Part shown: positions 27,324 to 42,185 of the stretch, in pieces | Position numbering within the stretch: position 1 is the stretch's first letter | Layout: the number at the start of each line of letters is the position of its first letter | Assembly (NCBI GenBank): GCA_964016885.1 | Contig: OZ024743.1 | Location: 68,324,001-68,388,000 of the forward strand | Reading direction: 5' to 3' | Length of the DNA stretch: 64,000 bases | Source: Eledone cirrhosa | Taxonomy: Eukaryota | The notes under the pieces: generated by a model | What the model was told of the DNA's origin: nothing | The model's input: only the letters and a program-made list of their open reading frames with translations | Databases searched by the model: none | Translations under genes and position numbers: made by a program

Positions 27324-27395
<72 letters not shown>

Positions 27396-27416
27396 ATACA
27401 TATAAATATATATAAA

Positions 27417-28403
27417 TGTGTGCGTGTATGTGTGTGTGCCTTTGTGTGTATGAAGAGTTAGACCTTAATGCGTATGTATATATGAATGTATGTATGTAGT
27501 TTATAATGTTTTACCAATAGAGAGAGAGTCGGTTCTAACATAGTTACAAGTCTCTTTCATTGGAATGTACACAACATCAACAAGGTAGATATGTATGTCT
27601 GCATGCATGCTTGCATGTGTGTGCAGGTATGGATGTTATTGTATGGGTGGATGTGTATATTTTGATTTGTAAGTGTGCATGTGCACATGCTTTGTATCTG
27701 TCCTTGTGTATATGCAGTTATTAGATGCAAAATGTTTGAATGTTTTACATATTTTTACTGTTCCATTAATGGATCGTACTTGTAATGTTCTAACTAGCCG
27801 TGTTCTTTCTGATTCTGTGAAACCTAGCTTTCAAGATCTGTACTGTGGTATATACTATTATATCCCAGTGCCCGAATAACCACAGGTATAGTCTGTGTGG
27901 TGAATCTGTAGATTTCTCAATAGTTCTGCATAGATATTCTCCTTTTCGCTGATCTTTAATATTTTATTGGCATCTGCTGGGCAGTTAACTTCCACTACTG
28001 TGCATGCTTTATTTTCTCTGTCCCATATCATTATATCAGTCTGTTATGTTTGCATTTTATTGGAGTTTTTACTCGAACATTCTACCAGTACTCTTTCATA
28101 TTATGTATATATATATCTTCCACATTGCTGTAACTTTTATATACTTAGGTATAAAAAGCAGACAAAGGGTGAAGAAACTTAATAGAGTCAACGGCCATCC
28201 AAATACCGTGTGTGTAGGTGTATGAGTACTCTATTTGTATATTCTTATGTATATGCATTTTTGTGTGTATGTGTATATGTGTGAGTATGTATATGTACAT
28301 GTATATATATGTATATTTCATATATCCTCGAGTGTCTGTTTGCATACGTATAACTTTATGTATGTATTTTTAACTCTGTTTACCTTTAAAAGTTTTTAAT
28401 CTT
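27417..28403 (-). mobile_element. R4/Dong-like non-LTR 3' remnant (restriction-like endonuclease), left inverted copy
   Basis: Diverged reverse complement of 28458-29477. Confidence 0.7.
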
Positions 28404-28457
28404 AATATAGAATAATATTTTTAATCTTAATAGAGAATATTCGAGATGAAAGATTTA

Positions 28458-29477
28458 AAGATTAAAAATTTGTTAAAGTTAACAGAGTTAAAATGAATAC
28501 ATAAAGTTAAACGTGTGCAAACAGACACTCGAGGATATATGAAATATACATATATACATGTACATATACACATACACACAAAAATGCATATACATAAGCA
28601 TATACAAATAGCGTACTCATACACCTACACACACGGTATTTGGATGGCCTTTGACTCAATTGAGTTCCTTCACCCTTTGTCCGCTCTTTATACCTACATA
28701 CATAAATGTTACAGCAATGTGGAAGAGATATACATACATAATATAAAAGAGTACTGGTGGAATGTTCGAGTAAAAACCCCAATAAAATGCAAACATAACA
28801 GACCTGATATAATTATTTCTACTTTTGGTACAAGGCCAGACAGACCTGATATAATGATATGGGACAGGGAAAATAAAGCATGCACAGTAGTGGAAGGTAG
28901 ATGCCCAGCAGATGCCAATATAATATCAATGATTAGCGAAAAAGAGAATATTTATGCATAACTAATGAGAAATCTACAGATACTCAACACTGACTATAGC
29001 TTCAGATTTATACCTGTGATTATTTGGGGTAGGATATATTAATATATGCCTCAGTACAGATCTTAAAAGCTAGGTTTCACAGAATCAGAAAGAACACGGC
29101 TAGTTAGGAAATTACAAGTACGATCCATTAATGGAACAGTAAAAATATGTAAAACATTCCAACATTTTGCATCTAATAACAGCATATACACATGTACAGA
29201 TACAAAGCATATACACATGCACACATACAAATCAAAATATACACATACACACATACAATAACATCCATACCTGCACACACATGAATGCATGCAAACATAC
29301 ATATCTACCTTGTTGATGTTGTGTAAATTCCAATGAAAGAGACTTGTAACTATGTTAGAAACCGACTCTCTCTCTATTGGTAAAAAAATTATAAAATACA
29401 TACATACATTCATATATACATACGCATCAAGGTCTACCTCTTCAGACACACAAAGGCACACACGCATACACACACAT
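28458..29477 (+). mobile_element. R4/Dong-like non-LTR 3' remnant (PD-(D/E)xK endonuclease)
   Basis: YWWNVRVKTPIKCKHNRPDI..WDRENKACTVVE..CPADANI..ISEKENIY. Confidence 0.75.
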
Positions 29478-29511
29478 ATATATATATATGTATGTATATA
29501 TATATATATAT

Positions 29512-29728
29512 TAGAAAGTGAGGTTTTTTTTTACAAAATGAAAAATAACCGAGGTGTCCTACACGAGTGAAAGTATAAAGAAAAAAAGATAAAAATCGAA
29601 ATTGCAACTGGAGTCTTATTTAAAAAAAATATATATATATTTATTTGGTTCCTTTACCGGTTTTGCAGTTCTTCTGTCTTTCAAAAGTAGAGTTGAGATG
29701 GAGGGTCTGTGGTTTTTCTCACATCTGT
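29512..29728 (-). mobile_element. Copy of the 8503-type PLE 3' end inside (TA)n
   Basis: Homologous to 8503-8650, 38577-38712 and 55951-56146. Confidence 0.8.
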
Positions 29729-29816
<88 letters not shown>

Positions 29817-29843
29817 GTATACATATATATATATATATATATA

Positions 29844-30032
29844 GTTTTAATATAGATGAGATTCTACAGGACTAGAACTGTTTCATTCTTTAGAAATCAT
29901 CATTCCTGATGATTTCTAAAGAATGAAACAGTTCTAGTCCTTTAGAATCTCATCTATATTAAAACTTATATACTCTGCTATGTATTGAGTACCTTACTTA
30001 CTGTGGTTACCTCCGATTCAACCCGGAATAAC

Positions 30033-30033
<1 letters not shown>
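29844..30033 (+). mobile_element. Short fold-back element centred on an HHR (about 29902-29948)
   Basis: Arms 29844-29902 and 29907-29965. CUGAUGA-UUUCU(AA)AGAAU-GAAACAG...; tail ends CCCGGAATAACG then (TA)n. Confidence 0.75.
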
Positions 30034-30083
<50 letters not shown>

Positions 30084-30292
30084 CATGTACACGTAGATAA
30101 ATATATGTATACATACGTACAGTAGTATGTATATATGTATATATACATACAATCACACATATATATATATATGTACATATGGATTCATAGGACATTTAAT
30201 ATAATGCTCGGTGTGTTTGTAAACAAGCATCCCGTATTAAGCCGTAGTGTCTAGCAACTATCGTTGCTCGTTTGTTCAACACTGACAAAGGA

Positions 30293-30335
30293 ACGCTGTA
30301 CTAGTTTCAAGCTAATTAGCTATCTTCAGCAACGT
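30293..30335 (-). ncRNA. Type I hammerhead ribozyme (canonical core)
   Basis: ACGUUG-CUGAAGA-UAGCU(AAUU)AGCUU-GAA-ACUAGU-A^CAGCGU. Confidence 0.8.
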
Positions 30336-30595
30336 ATACCTTACTGCCAGATTGTTGAACGTATATACTTACCTTATGCATATTAACGGCTGAGTAGCCA
30401 AATTTGCATATCGAGTGGGTTATTCGGCCGGGTGCACCGAAAACGATAAACGGAAAAAATGTTTGCATATATGTATGTATACATATATGTATGTACGTGT
30501 ACATACTTATATTTAAGTAACAGCCGTACTAAGAGTGGGAAATAAAACATTTTCCGTTCATATATAAATATATATATAAATATATATATATATAA

Positions 30596-30627
<32 letters not shown>

Positions 30628-30659
30628 GTATATATAGGTATATATATGTATACATATAC

Positions 30660-30731
<72 letters not shown>

Positions 30732-30899
30732 GTATATATGTATATGTATACATATATATATGCACATAGCGATGATAACTGTTGTTAATTATACATTATA
30801 CTTGAACGTATCGGGTACATTTAATTATTATCATATGCTTTGTGGCGACTTTCTTTCCAAATTTATATTTCAAAGTTAATGCACATACAGACACACACG

Positions 30900-30940
<41 letters not shown>

Positions 30941-30982
30941 ACATGCACACCACACATACATTTCTATAAGTAACACACACAC

Positions 30983-31035
<53 letters not shown>

Positions 31036-31037
31036 AG

Positions 31038-31090
31038 GAGCTTCTACAGGACTAGTACTGTTTCATTCACATGAAATCTTCAGGAAGCCC
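31038..31090 (-). ncRNA. Type I hammerhead ribozyme (canonical core) in a short fold-back element (about 31035-31190)
   Basis: GGGCUUC-CUGAAGA-UUUC(AUGU)GAAU-GAA-ACAG(UACUAGUC)CUGU-A^GAAGCUC. Confidence 0.8.
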
Positions 31091-31186
31091 TGTAGAAGCT
31101 CCTTCTATACAATAAATATATTTTACTCTGCCATGTATTGAGTACCTTACTCACTGTGGTTATCCCCGACTCAACCCGGGACCTAC

Positions 31187-31220
<34 letters not shown>

Positions 31221-31559
31221 TCTGAAGAGACGGTGCTGTTTCCAGGACAGGGAATATGCTAATATGTCTTCTATTTACAGACAAAATGAGAACGAGATTA
31301 AACTCTGGCAAGCACAATGGCATTCCTCACATATCATAAGTTGGCTAGGTACTGTCAAGCATATATCATATCCACTAAATAGTTTGAATACAGTTGAAGT
31401 CGTGATGGAGTTTTGGTGTGGATTCTGTACTAGCAGAGGAATAAAAGATATGTGTATATTAGGGATCTTGACAAGAATTTGGATAATCTAACGGGAAACT
31501 TCGATGATTTTTTGAATATGGCAACCTAATATAATAAACATTGCTCTGCGCAGTATATA

Positions 31560-31701
<142 letters not shown>

Positions 31702-31728
31702 AATATATATATATACATATATATATAT

Positions 31729-31791
<63 letters not shown>

Positions 31792-31809
31792 CGTATATGT
31801 ATATGTACG

Positions 31810-31904
<95 letters not shown>

Positions 31905-32992
31905 ATGCAATGTTTTTTGGGATGCCATATTCAAAGTATCATCGAAGTTTCCCGTTAGATTATCCAAATTCTGGTCAATATCCCTAATATACACATCTCT
32001 ATTATTCCTCTGCTAGTACAGAATCCACAGCAAAACTACAGAAGGACTTCAACTGTATTGAAACTATTTAGTGGATATGATATATGCTTGAGAGTATCTA
32101 GCCAACTTATGATATGTGGGAATGCCATTGTGCTTGCCAGAGTTTAATCTCGTTCTCATTTTGTTTGTAAATAGAAGACATATTAGCATATTCCCTGTCC
32201 TTCAGATGACACTAAGACACTTTATGGGATATGGCTACCATTAAAGCATAACACCACAGCTTAGGTTCTATTTATGACAGAGGCCTTAACAAGATACTTC
32301 AAATTTGACATGTCATGCCACAGAGGATGGAGAAATTTATTTCATATCGACTCAGTTTGCGCTCAAGAGGTGTAGCACGATTTGTTATCATATATTCACT
32401 CTTCCTATATAACAGTGCCCACACATTACAATATGAAACATAAATATTCCAACCAGACATTTTGTATTTTACGTTTGTATTGCGGATGCAACGTGGACGC
32501 CCGTATATTGCGCCAAACCAACAATAAATTAAAAGTAGTTTTAGTTTAATTCTCCCAAAACCTTTCCGTGTCTCGTGTAGGAAGTGCTAACCTTATATGT
32601 TGTTGCTCAGAAACTTATGGCAAACATTACTTCAATTACTGGGAAGCCACTTTACATCTATCTGAGGGTACACCATGTCCTCTTCATAGGAAGTTGCTCA
32701 ATACTTCTGCAGTAACGAAATTCCAACTCTGAGAGAACATTACGTCTACCGTACGGTGAATGCATGCTTCCATAAAATTAAATCTGTTCATCTCTGAAGC
32801 AATTCACAAAAATAAAAAAAAAAATCCATGTAAAGTATTTATAAATCTTGTTTATACCTGTGTCGTCTTAAACGTGTTGCACTCGATCTCAGCCACATTA
32901 CAACTTATTGATATTCCACAGAGACAAGCTGAATCGTGTATCAATATTGTATCAATCTGGTATTAATTAAAGATGTCAAGCTCAGGGGTGTG
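31905..32992 (-). repeat. Inverted, longer copy of 25261-26035
   Basis: For example CACACCCCTGAGCTTGACATC at 25261 versus GATGTCAAGCTCAGGGGTGTG ending at 32992. Confidence 0.85.
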
Positions 32993-33013
32993 TAATATTT
33001 GATAAAAAATGTC

Positions 33014-33056
33014 AATATTTGATAAAATTGGCATACTAATCGAAACAGGTAATATT
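33014..33056 (+). ncRNA. Type I hammerhead ribozyme, U3-A8 variant
   Basis: AAUAU-UUGAUAA-AAUUGG(CAUA)CUAAUC-GAA-AC(AG)GU-A^AUAUU. Confidence 0.65.
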
Positions 33057-33412
33057 TCACAAACCATAAATCTATTTAACGCAACAATTACAAAAATATT
33101 CATCCTATCTTAAAATAAACCCACTTTGCCTTTTCACATTTATCTTTTACTTATAATCTCCAATTTGTATGGAATTTCCCCTATATTTTCACCCCCCCCC
33201 ACACACGCACACACACAGACACACACACACACTCTCACATATATATATATATATATGGCATGAAGTATTTTGTCCGACTCTAACGTTTCTGCCAACCTAA
33301 CGCATTTAATATTATTTCTAATTTAGGCACAAGGCAAGCAAGTGTTTTTTGAGGGATGGAGGTCGAGTGAAGGGATTAGATTGCGCCAATTCTCCGACAA
33401 CAATGGTCGTAA

Positions 33413-33598
33413 TAATTGTTTCTACTTTTGGCACAAGGCCACCAATTATCACAGTGTATTACTGGTACTTTATTTTATCGAACCCGTAAGGATGAAAGGC
33501 AAAGTTAACCTCGGCAGGATTTGAACTCAGACCGTAAAGAGACGTAACTATTCTGGAAAGCATGGCGTCCGACCCTCTACCGATACTGCCAATCCACC
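33413..33598 (-). mobile_element. Nin-type SINE
   Basis: Homologous to 1172-1312 and 24644-24822. Confidence 0.8.
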
Positions 33599-34214
33599 AA
33601 CAATAATTAAGATTCATTGTAGTTATTTGAATCATGAGATCTAGTCACTTATATTACCTTCTGACAAAATAACTGGTACAAATAACGAAACATGCTGCGC
33701 ATTTATAATAATTCTTCTTCTTCTTCTTCTTCTTCTTCTTCTTCTTCTTCTTCTTTAACGAGCACACCACACGCACACAAAGTAACGGCTTGTTGAAAAA
33801 ACTCATGGACGTTATCCAACACTTTTGCCCATGGGTTTATTTCTGGGTTTCATCTCGGTTGGTTTTGTCTGTAAAATATGTTCAGCTATAATGCGCAAGG
33901 TAAGGCACTCGCTCCTTAGACGAAGGGAGATAAGTGTAAAGGCTAAACTCCTTTTTTTTCAATTCGGTACCCATACCATCCCATATTTATGGTTATTAAT
34001 GGTGGATAATGACCAAACGAACACTTTTGTAATTTTCTACAATAATAATATATATGCTAAGAAGATTTAAGAACGTTTCTGAATTACAGAACAGAGAGGG
34101 CGTTTTTCCTTGTTATATGTATAGAACAGTCGATCTACAAGATTCTCGACCCCATTCCGTTAAGGAGTGTAGGGGAGGTCATCAAATGGGTACGAGGAAA
34201 CAAGGTTTCCCTTG

Positions 34215-34370
34215 ATCTTTCTGATTATACTATCTTCCGGTTGCAACTCCAGGTAGAAGGAGCAACGTGAAATAAAATGCCTTTCACAAGGACATAACGC
34301 ATCACCCTGTCCGGGAATCGAACACACAACCTTATGATTGCGAATTCAATTCTCTAACCACTCAGCCGCA
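34215..34370 (-). mobile_element. Second tRNA-derived SINE family fragment
   Basis: Minus strand reads GGCTGAGTGGTTAGAG...GTTCGATTCCC (A and B boxes), then GTCCTTGTGAAAGGCATTT. Confidence 0.6.
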
Positions 34371-34802
34371 GCTTCACTAATATATGTATATACACATGGA
34401 AATGTTGTATTTTCACCCATACACATCTTTTCTGAATCTGTCGATCGCCATTCATTAACTTTATTCATCAAATTTTCCGGTCACAGAAGCTTTGAGTCGT
34501 CCATGAATACAGCACTTTATAAGACTATATATACTAATATATTGTTATATAAATATAATAAAAGTAAATCGGGAATAATTTTCGTTATATATATTATATA
34601 TTATGCAAATGTCATCGTATGATATATGTTTATTTTAATGTATGCACCTTTATTTGTTTTTAATTCAGTTAGTCTACACTATATTATATTAATATATACT
34701 GACTGTTATAGTATCTGAAATGATACATCGTTCTTACTTTGCTTTGATATACATACTGGCAGTCACACACACACATGCATACACACGCACACACTCATCT
34801 AT

Positions 34803-34891
<89 letters not shown>

Positions 34892-34957
34892 ATTTATGCA
34901 TATTCATACATATACATTTATATATGTATAAGTGTGTGTATACTTATCCATCATATG

Positions 34958-35011
<54 letters not shown>

Positions 35012-35035
35012 TACACCCATATATATATATATGAG

Positions 35036-35070
<35 letters not shown>

Positions 35071-38000
35071 TTGTTCGTTTGTGTGTGTGCATGTATGTAT
35101 GTGTGTATTTGTGTGTGAGTGTATAGCAGTAGGTATTTAACTATCGTCTGAATGTTATAATGTTTGTTCAGTAAACAACAAGTAAATAGATATATCTGTT
35201 GCTATTTTTCACACTGAAATTGTTGTTTACTACAAACTGTTGTTACAACTTATTATATATTTAATATTTTTTATTTCATAATTTAAAACGAAAAATTATT
35301 TTATTCTCCTTATCTATCAATCTCATAATCTGCTAATTTGTGTTGTTGTTTTCTTTTACATTGCTGGTTTCAGACATAATTCTTATCAATACATCGATTT
35401 AACAGAGGATACATTGTTGTTGTTGGTGCTGTTGTTGTTTACTTTATATATTAACGGAAGTTAACGAAACAAAACCGAATGTAGAAAAGAAAAGTGGAAT
35501 GGCCTTTCCTCGGTTTTAACGATGAATGTTCCAGTGCTTTTAATCAAGGTATCAGCCTACTGAAGAAATGAACATCTGAGAGGTTGTGAGAGTAGATTCA
35601 GCAAGCTAAAAGTACCGTTTATCTAACAAGGTTCCAGACAATTTCCGTCTATCAAATTTCCTTTACATGACCTGGCTTTATCCATGACAGTTGAGAGCGA
35701 ATCCGTAAACTAATGATTGTGAGCGAATCCGTAAACTAATGATTGTGAGAGGCTCTTCATAACCTTATGGTCAACAGGGAAGAAGAAGAATCTGTCAAGA
35801 AAGATCGTTAGAATGCTGGAAAGAAATCTTCACTCACAGTAGAGCCGTCGATACCTGAGGTCAACTAAACAAGCGCCAAGAGCGTATTACACCGGGAGGC
35901 GCAGTACTGAACTTTAAAGCATAACAGTTTTATACTAATTTGTATAATCAAATTAAACAAGCAATGCATTGTTGCGATCAATGCGTATATCATGTTTATA
36001 CATGAAGTAGGTTTAAGTGGGTGTATGTGTATGTGCTAATTTATGTACGTAGAAATAAGGTGTGTGTAGGTTTGTTGAATGTATGCGTGTGTCTCTCCGT
36101 GTATGAGTGTGTAAGTGTAATTGTATAGATACCGAACTATGTGAGCACAGTTTCTATGTTAGTGTTTATAGAAGTGTGTTTGTTAAAGATTGGAGATCTG
36201 TCTATGTGCAGATGTGTCAGGATGTCTTTCTATAAGCCGAAAGACTTAGGAAGCTCATCAAATGCAGTGTATCAGTAATTCAAGTAGTTCGCTTTGTCAC
36301 ACAGTGTATAATACTGAATCTCCCTGAGGGTTACGTTAGCGGCATACATGTTTATGGAATAATCATACTCTTACATGTTAATTTAAGTATTAAGCTGCTC
36401 AGTTGGTCGAAAAAGAATAACACACAACGTCTAAATCTGCGGAGTCCCATTATGTTTATGTGCGCGTATGCGTATTTTTGTGTAATTGAATAATTGCATT
36501 TGTGTGTTTTCTAATGCTTCAATGTGTGTTTACTGGTATGTATGTGTCAGCTTCTGAATATGTGTTTATTATACTCTATACTACTTCAATGTGTATAAGT
36601 GAGGAAGTGGTATGTCTCTCTGTGTTCGCTTTTGTGAATGCGTATCTGGAATTTAGTAGGTGTACATGTGATTATTTCTTTGTTTAAGTTATATATATGT
36701 ATCTATTATGTGTGTGAATGTATATGTGCGTTTGTATCTGAGTGTATGTGTGTGTGTGTGTATATATGTTTGTATTTTTTCACGCATGCATGTGCGTACT
36801 TGTGTGCCTGTGTGTGTATGCACGCCTGTGTGCGTGTGTGTTTATGTTCGTACCCATGTGCTTAACATATATGGATCTATGTTAAATGTGTATTAAAACA
36901 TCTGATATCTCAATACAGTAGAGTTACATGTATAAACCAAGATCGTGATGTTTTATTGTATTAATATACCTGTCGGTGTGTATATACGTGCATGTTTAAG
37001 TGTGTTTGTGTGTGTTTGTGTGCCTATGTGAATGTATGTGTGAGAGTTTCTGGGTGTGTGTGAATGAATGTATGTGTTTGTTTGTCTGTGTGTGAATGTG
37101 TGTGTGAGTGGGGTTGTGTGTGAGACTGTGGGATGGTGTGTGTGCGTGTGCATGTGTGTGTGTTTGCGAGTGTGCATGTGTGAGTGTGTTTGTGTGAATG
37201 TGTAAGTGTCTGTTTGTGTGTGCGTGAGTCTGTGTGTTTGAGTTTATGTGTGTGTGTGTGTGTATTTGTGGGGCTGTGGAATTCATAAATTCGTCAGTAA
37301 TACGTTAATGCTATAATTAGAAAAGTCACTAAATATATAAAATGAATAGCACACTTATATATTGTGTTAGATTTTGTATAACATTTTTAACGGATAAAAG
37401 TTTAAAAGATGAAATGGAGAAAGAAATATCACACAAATATTAGAAACGTTTTATAATTTTTTCTCCGGGAATTAAGTGGAGTAAAAATGTTTAAAGAAAT
37501 TTACTTTGAATAGATATAAATGGGGTAATGGAGTTTGTTGGTTTGAAGTACTATAAATAGCATATCGTGCTGTTCGGGGGAAGAGATAATTGTTCATGGG
37601 GTTATATGTTTTAGCTAAAAGCTAGCAACGATCATTTGGAAATTACTTCGCTGAGCCTTGTAATAATCCCCCCCCCCCCCCAAAAAAAAGAAATAAAAAA
37701 AAAGAAAATTTCTCGAGATACTTTTCTCTAACATAATATCTATCTGTTCACTAAATACATTGATTGAATTTGTGCATGTCGACATGTGGACACAAATTAT
37801 AAAAAAACAACAACAAAAGAACACAGATATTTAACCTAATACTATTATTTCCTACTGTAGGCGGCGAATTGTCGACATTAACGACGTTAAAACATCGGAT
37901 ATAATTGTCTGCGCTATTTACTCCGTCTCTCTGTGCTGCGAGTTCAAATCTAGCACAAACCAAATTTACGTTCCGTTGTTTCGTAGTCGATATAAAAACG

Positions 38001-38741
38001 TTTTAATCTATCTATGTCCTTGATTCTTTTTTACATCAATTTCTCACTTTCTCTCTCCCTCTCCCTGTCCCTCTTGCTGTCCGCCTCTCCCTGTCTCTCT
38101 CAGTCACACAAACTCTCTCAAACCTCTCTCTCTCACACACTCATCTGTCTCTCTCTCGTTTGTCTTTCAAAGAATTAAGTTGTTTAGACCTACTACTCCA
38201 TCAGCATACATGTATACATACAGTTTCTAATGCGTAAATCTTACTCCCTCCTCTAGAAAAATATGGGAAGCTGCTTTCCTTTTACTAATCGCGTGAACCT
38301 CCCTTAAATTCAAAGACATAATAGTGCTGTCACAGATGTACTTTAGTTTATACAATCATCACGGCAGCTAATTGGCAGAATCATCAGAACGTCAGATACA
38401 ATGCTTAGCAGCATTTGTTCCAGATGTTTGCTTTCTGAGTTCAAATCCTGCCGAGGTCAACTTTACTTTCTTCCATTTAAGGTCAGTCAAAATGTATCAG
38501 TGAATTACTGGGGCCGTTTCTTCCTTATAACTCATTCTCACTTCCATCTTTCTCTCTCTCTATATATATATATATAAAGAAAAAAAGATGAAATCGAAAA
38601 TGCAACTGGAGTCTTATTTTTTAAAATATATATATATTTATTTGGTTCCTTTACCGGTTTCGCAGTTCTTCTGCTGAGTTGAGATGGAGGGTCTGTGTTT
38701 TTTCTCACATCTGTGAGCATATATAATCGGCATATATATAC

Positions 38742-38817
<76 letters not shown>

Positions 38818-39036
38818 ATTATATATGCTCACTCCACTTTTCCCTTCACTGCTCTGTATACACACATACACACCCTTATATTAACAAACTTTTGCTAATA
38901 GCTTCGTACTTACATGCACACATACTCTTTTCCTCACATATACCATCTTCCTGCTATAGCAAGCGGTAACCTAATATATCCCTTCCATATACTGTACCGA
39001 TTGTGTTGTTATTTCTGTTTACCTTTTACATATAAC

Positions 39037-39412
39037 AAGCATGCTCCGTTGGATGTGCAATGTCAATGTGCGTGAACGACCAAGCATAGATGAGTTGAGA
39101 AAGAAACTGGGTATAAGAGGGATCAGTTGTAGTGCGCAGGAGAGAAGACTGAAATGGTATTGACATGTGATGCGCATGGAGGATGACCACTGGGTAAAGA
39201 AGTGCCAAGAAATCCCAGTAGAAGGAAGACGCAGTAGAGAAAGACCATGAAAATCACGGGCTGAGGTGGTGAGAGCATACCTCAGATCGCTGAAACTCAC
39301 GGAGAAGATAACGAAAGACCGTGACAAGTGGAGAGATGCTGTGCTGAATAGGACCCTTCCCACCCTTGCAAGCAGGGAAAAGCGGACGTAAAATGATGAT
39401 GATGATGATGAT
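39037..39412 (+). mobile_element. RTE LINE 3' fragment with (ATG)n tail
   Basis: MLRWMC...RRLKWY*HVMR...DRDKWR, followed by (ATG)n. Confidence 0.85.
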
Positions 39413-39660
39413 ATATATATATATCTTTCTCTGGGAGAAATCTGCTGTGTATGAAAGCTGGAGAGGATATGGGATCCGCCAGGTTTAAAACGCCGTATGT
39501 TAATACAGAGCCCCTACAACTCGCTCATGCTTTATGAGTCCGTACACACATACATACAAATATACATACGTATATACATATATACATCCACACATACATA
39601 TATACATATATACATACCTACATGCATGCATGCATATAGACATATTTAAACATTTTTGGA

Positions 39661-39792
39661 TACCGTTGACTCTTATGAATTCTTCCGCCCTTTGTCAGGT
39701 TTTGTTTTTTGTCTTGCAGGGTGTCCAAAATCACCCTCCTCACCAGATAAACTTCGTGGGGTTGCCGGTTTATTCGCAAACGACCCGACCAT
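39661..39792 (-). mobile_element. 5' end homologous to the element at 53320
   Basis: The reverse complement matches GGTCGGGTCGTT..GGCAACCCCAC..GGTGAGGAGGGTGA. Confidence 0.7.
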
Positions 39793-40354
39793 GTGAAAGG
39801 TTTTATTGGGTTACATGTTACGAATAGCACTCAAGAGCACTCAATAGCAACCTGACATAAATATAAATATACAGATACTTACATATGTACATATGTATAT
39901 ACATATTTACACATTTTTTGGATAGCCGTTAACTCTTGAGTTCTACTACCTTTTGTATACATACATACATACATACATACATACATACATACATACATAC
40001 ATACATACATACATACCCACATACATACATACATACATACATACATACATACATACATACATACATACATACACACATACCCACATACATACATCACTTT
40101 ACATCAACCTAACGGAACGAACAATAACAATACAGTATAGTTGACCAGCAGATTTGTATTAAAACCAAAACCATTTCCAACATTCAACACTCCAGGAGTA
40201 AATCAATGCTGACGTTCACCACGGGAAACGACGTTTCTTTTTATTCAATGACAGATTCTATAACTTTTGTTACTATTACGTTTACAAAACAAATCATTCC
40301 AACAGCGTCACCTTTAATACCAAATTGAAATCATTACCTGGCTCAGTTCTCCTA

Positions 40355-40412
<58 letters not shown>

Positions 40413-40432
40413 CTCGCTCGCTCTCTCTGTCT

Positions 40433-40471
<39 letters not shown>

Positions 40472-40474
<3 letters not shown>

Positions 40475-40727
40475 AAAGTTATATTTAAATTGTTGGGTTA
40501 CAACGAGTAAATATTTATAACTGATATAAAAGCACTCAACAAGTATTTGGAGTATATTTACGATATTAAATAAATTGGAAATTATATTTATAAAACCATA
40601 TCTATAAGACTGTCTATATTGTATTTTGTCTGAAGAAGGCATAACATATTGTTAATATGATATCCCTGAAATATATATAATGAAATAGATATGGTTTTAT
40701 AAATATAATTTCCATTTATTTAATATC

Positions 40728-40730
<3 letters not shown>
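40472..40730. mobile_element. Family C fold-back with a complete HHR at 40622-40687 (+)
   Basis: UAUUUUGU-CUGAAGA-AGG...CCU-GAA-AUAUAUAU-A^AUGAAAUA. Arms about 40560-40606 and 40685-40730; homologous to 62381-63617. Confidence 0.75.
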
Positions 40731-40768
<38 letters not shown>

Positions 40769-40771
<3 letters not shown>

Positions 40772-40953
40772 AAGGAAGTGTGGTAAGGATCTGGTGGACC
40801 ATAACGCATCAGAGTACTCAATATTTTGTGTAGTAGAGTGGGCAATAGGAAAATAGTAAGAACCCCGACTGCAGAGCTCCGGAAATAGCTGTCGAGTCCA
40901 GAAGTACCTGTCGAGCCCGCTTCAGTTCTGCCGTCGGGGTTCTGACTATTTTC

Positions 40954-40956
<3 letters not shown>
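40769..40956. mobile_element. Family D short fold-back between (TA)n tracts
   Basis: Arms TAGGAAAATAGT.AGAACCCCGAC and GTCGGGGTTCTGACTATTTTCCTA; related to 57341-57546. Confidence 0.7.
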
Positions 40957-40987
<31 letters not shown>

Positions 40988-40988
40988 G

Positions 40989-41553
40989 TATTTATTAAAA
41001 TAACAGATTAAAGTCTAAGCAAAGAATCGCTGCTTTCACCCTTAACGGGATCTTCTGAAACTAACAAAGTCAATCTGTAAACGCAGAACTGGATATTTCA
41101 AAAAACGTTGCAACCGGAGGAAGACAAGAAGACGATACTTTGGTTCGTGGTAACGTTCGCTGGCAAAGAACGGGAAAAAACGAATAATACGTCATTACCT
41201 CTTTTATACCATAAACGTGGTTTTGTGTTTGCGCGTAATTGTTTTTCATCGCTCCTATTAATGACGTATTATTCGTTTTTTCCCGTTCTTTGCCAGCGAA
41301 CGTTACCACGAACCAAAGTATCGTCTTCCTGTCTTCCTCCGGTTGCAACGTTTTTTGAAATATCCAGTTCTGCGTTTACAGATTGACTTTGTTAGTTTCA
41401 GAAGATCCCGTTAAGGGTGAAAGCAGCGATTCTTTGCTTAAACTTTAATCTGTTATTTTAATAAATATTTGCTCTACGGTTCTTATATATTTGATATATA
41501 TTTTCCTTATCGAGCCCTCTTTGGATTTTAGTCTTCAATTTTATTATTATTAC
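40989..41553. mobile_element. Family B fold-back: 209-bp arms, 61-bp spacer and tail; HHR (CAGAAGA core) at 41394-41444 (+) and 41012-41062 (-)
   Basis: Arms 40989-41197 and 41259-41467 are near-identical. AGUUU-CAGAAGA-UCCC(GUUAA)GGGU-GAA-AGCA(9 nt)UGCU-U^AAACU. Confidence 0.85.
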
Positions 41554-41576
41554 TATATACATATGTATATATATAT

Positions 41577-41704
41577 ACGTTATTCCGGGTCGAATCGGAG
41601 GTAACCACAGTAAGTAAGGTACTCAATACATAGCAGAGTATAAAAGTTTTAATATAGATGAGATTCTACAGGACTAGAACTGTTTCATTCTTTAGAAATC
41701 ATCA
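41577..41704 (-). mobile_element. Copy of the 29844-type element, truncated within the HHR core
   Basis: Reverse complement of about 29907-30033. Confidence 0.8.
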
Positions 41705-41729
41705 TATATATATATATATATATATATAC

Positions 41730-41920
<191 letters not shown>

Positions 41921-42185
41921 GAAAGATTTGAATGGATACAGTTTAGTTGAAAGGAATTTATTGACACGTGTTTCTATAACAGTTACATAACCTAAAACAG
42001 CTGCTGTCTACAAACTTTTAGTTATGGAGACATTCAATATTTCAATGATATTATTTACTGTCATTTCATCAGAATAATATTACTGAGGACCTATTTAGTA
42101 TTTATACAGAATATTAGGAGGGAGGGGTGAAGTTGTTAGAAGAATATATATATATATACATATGTATATATATATATATATATAT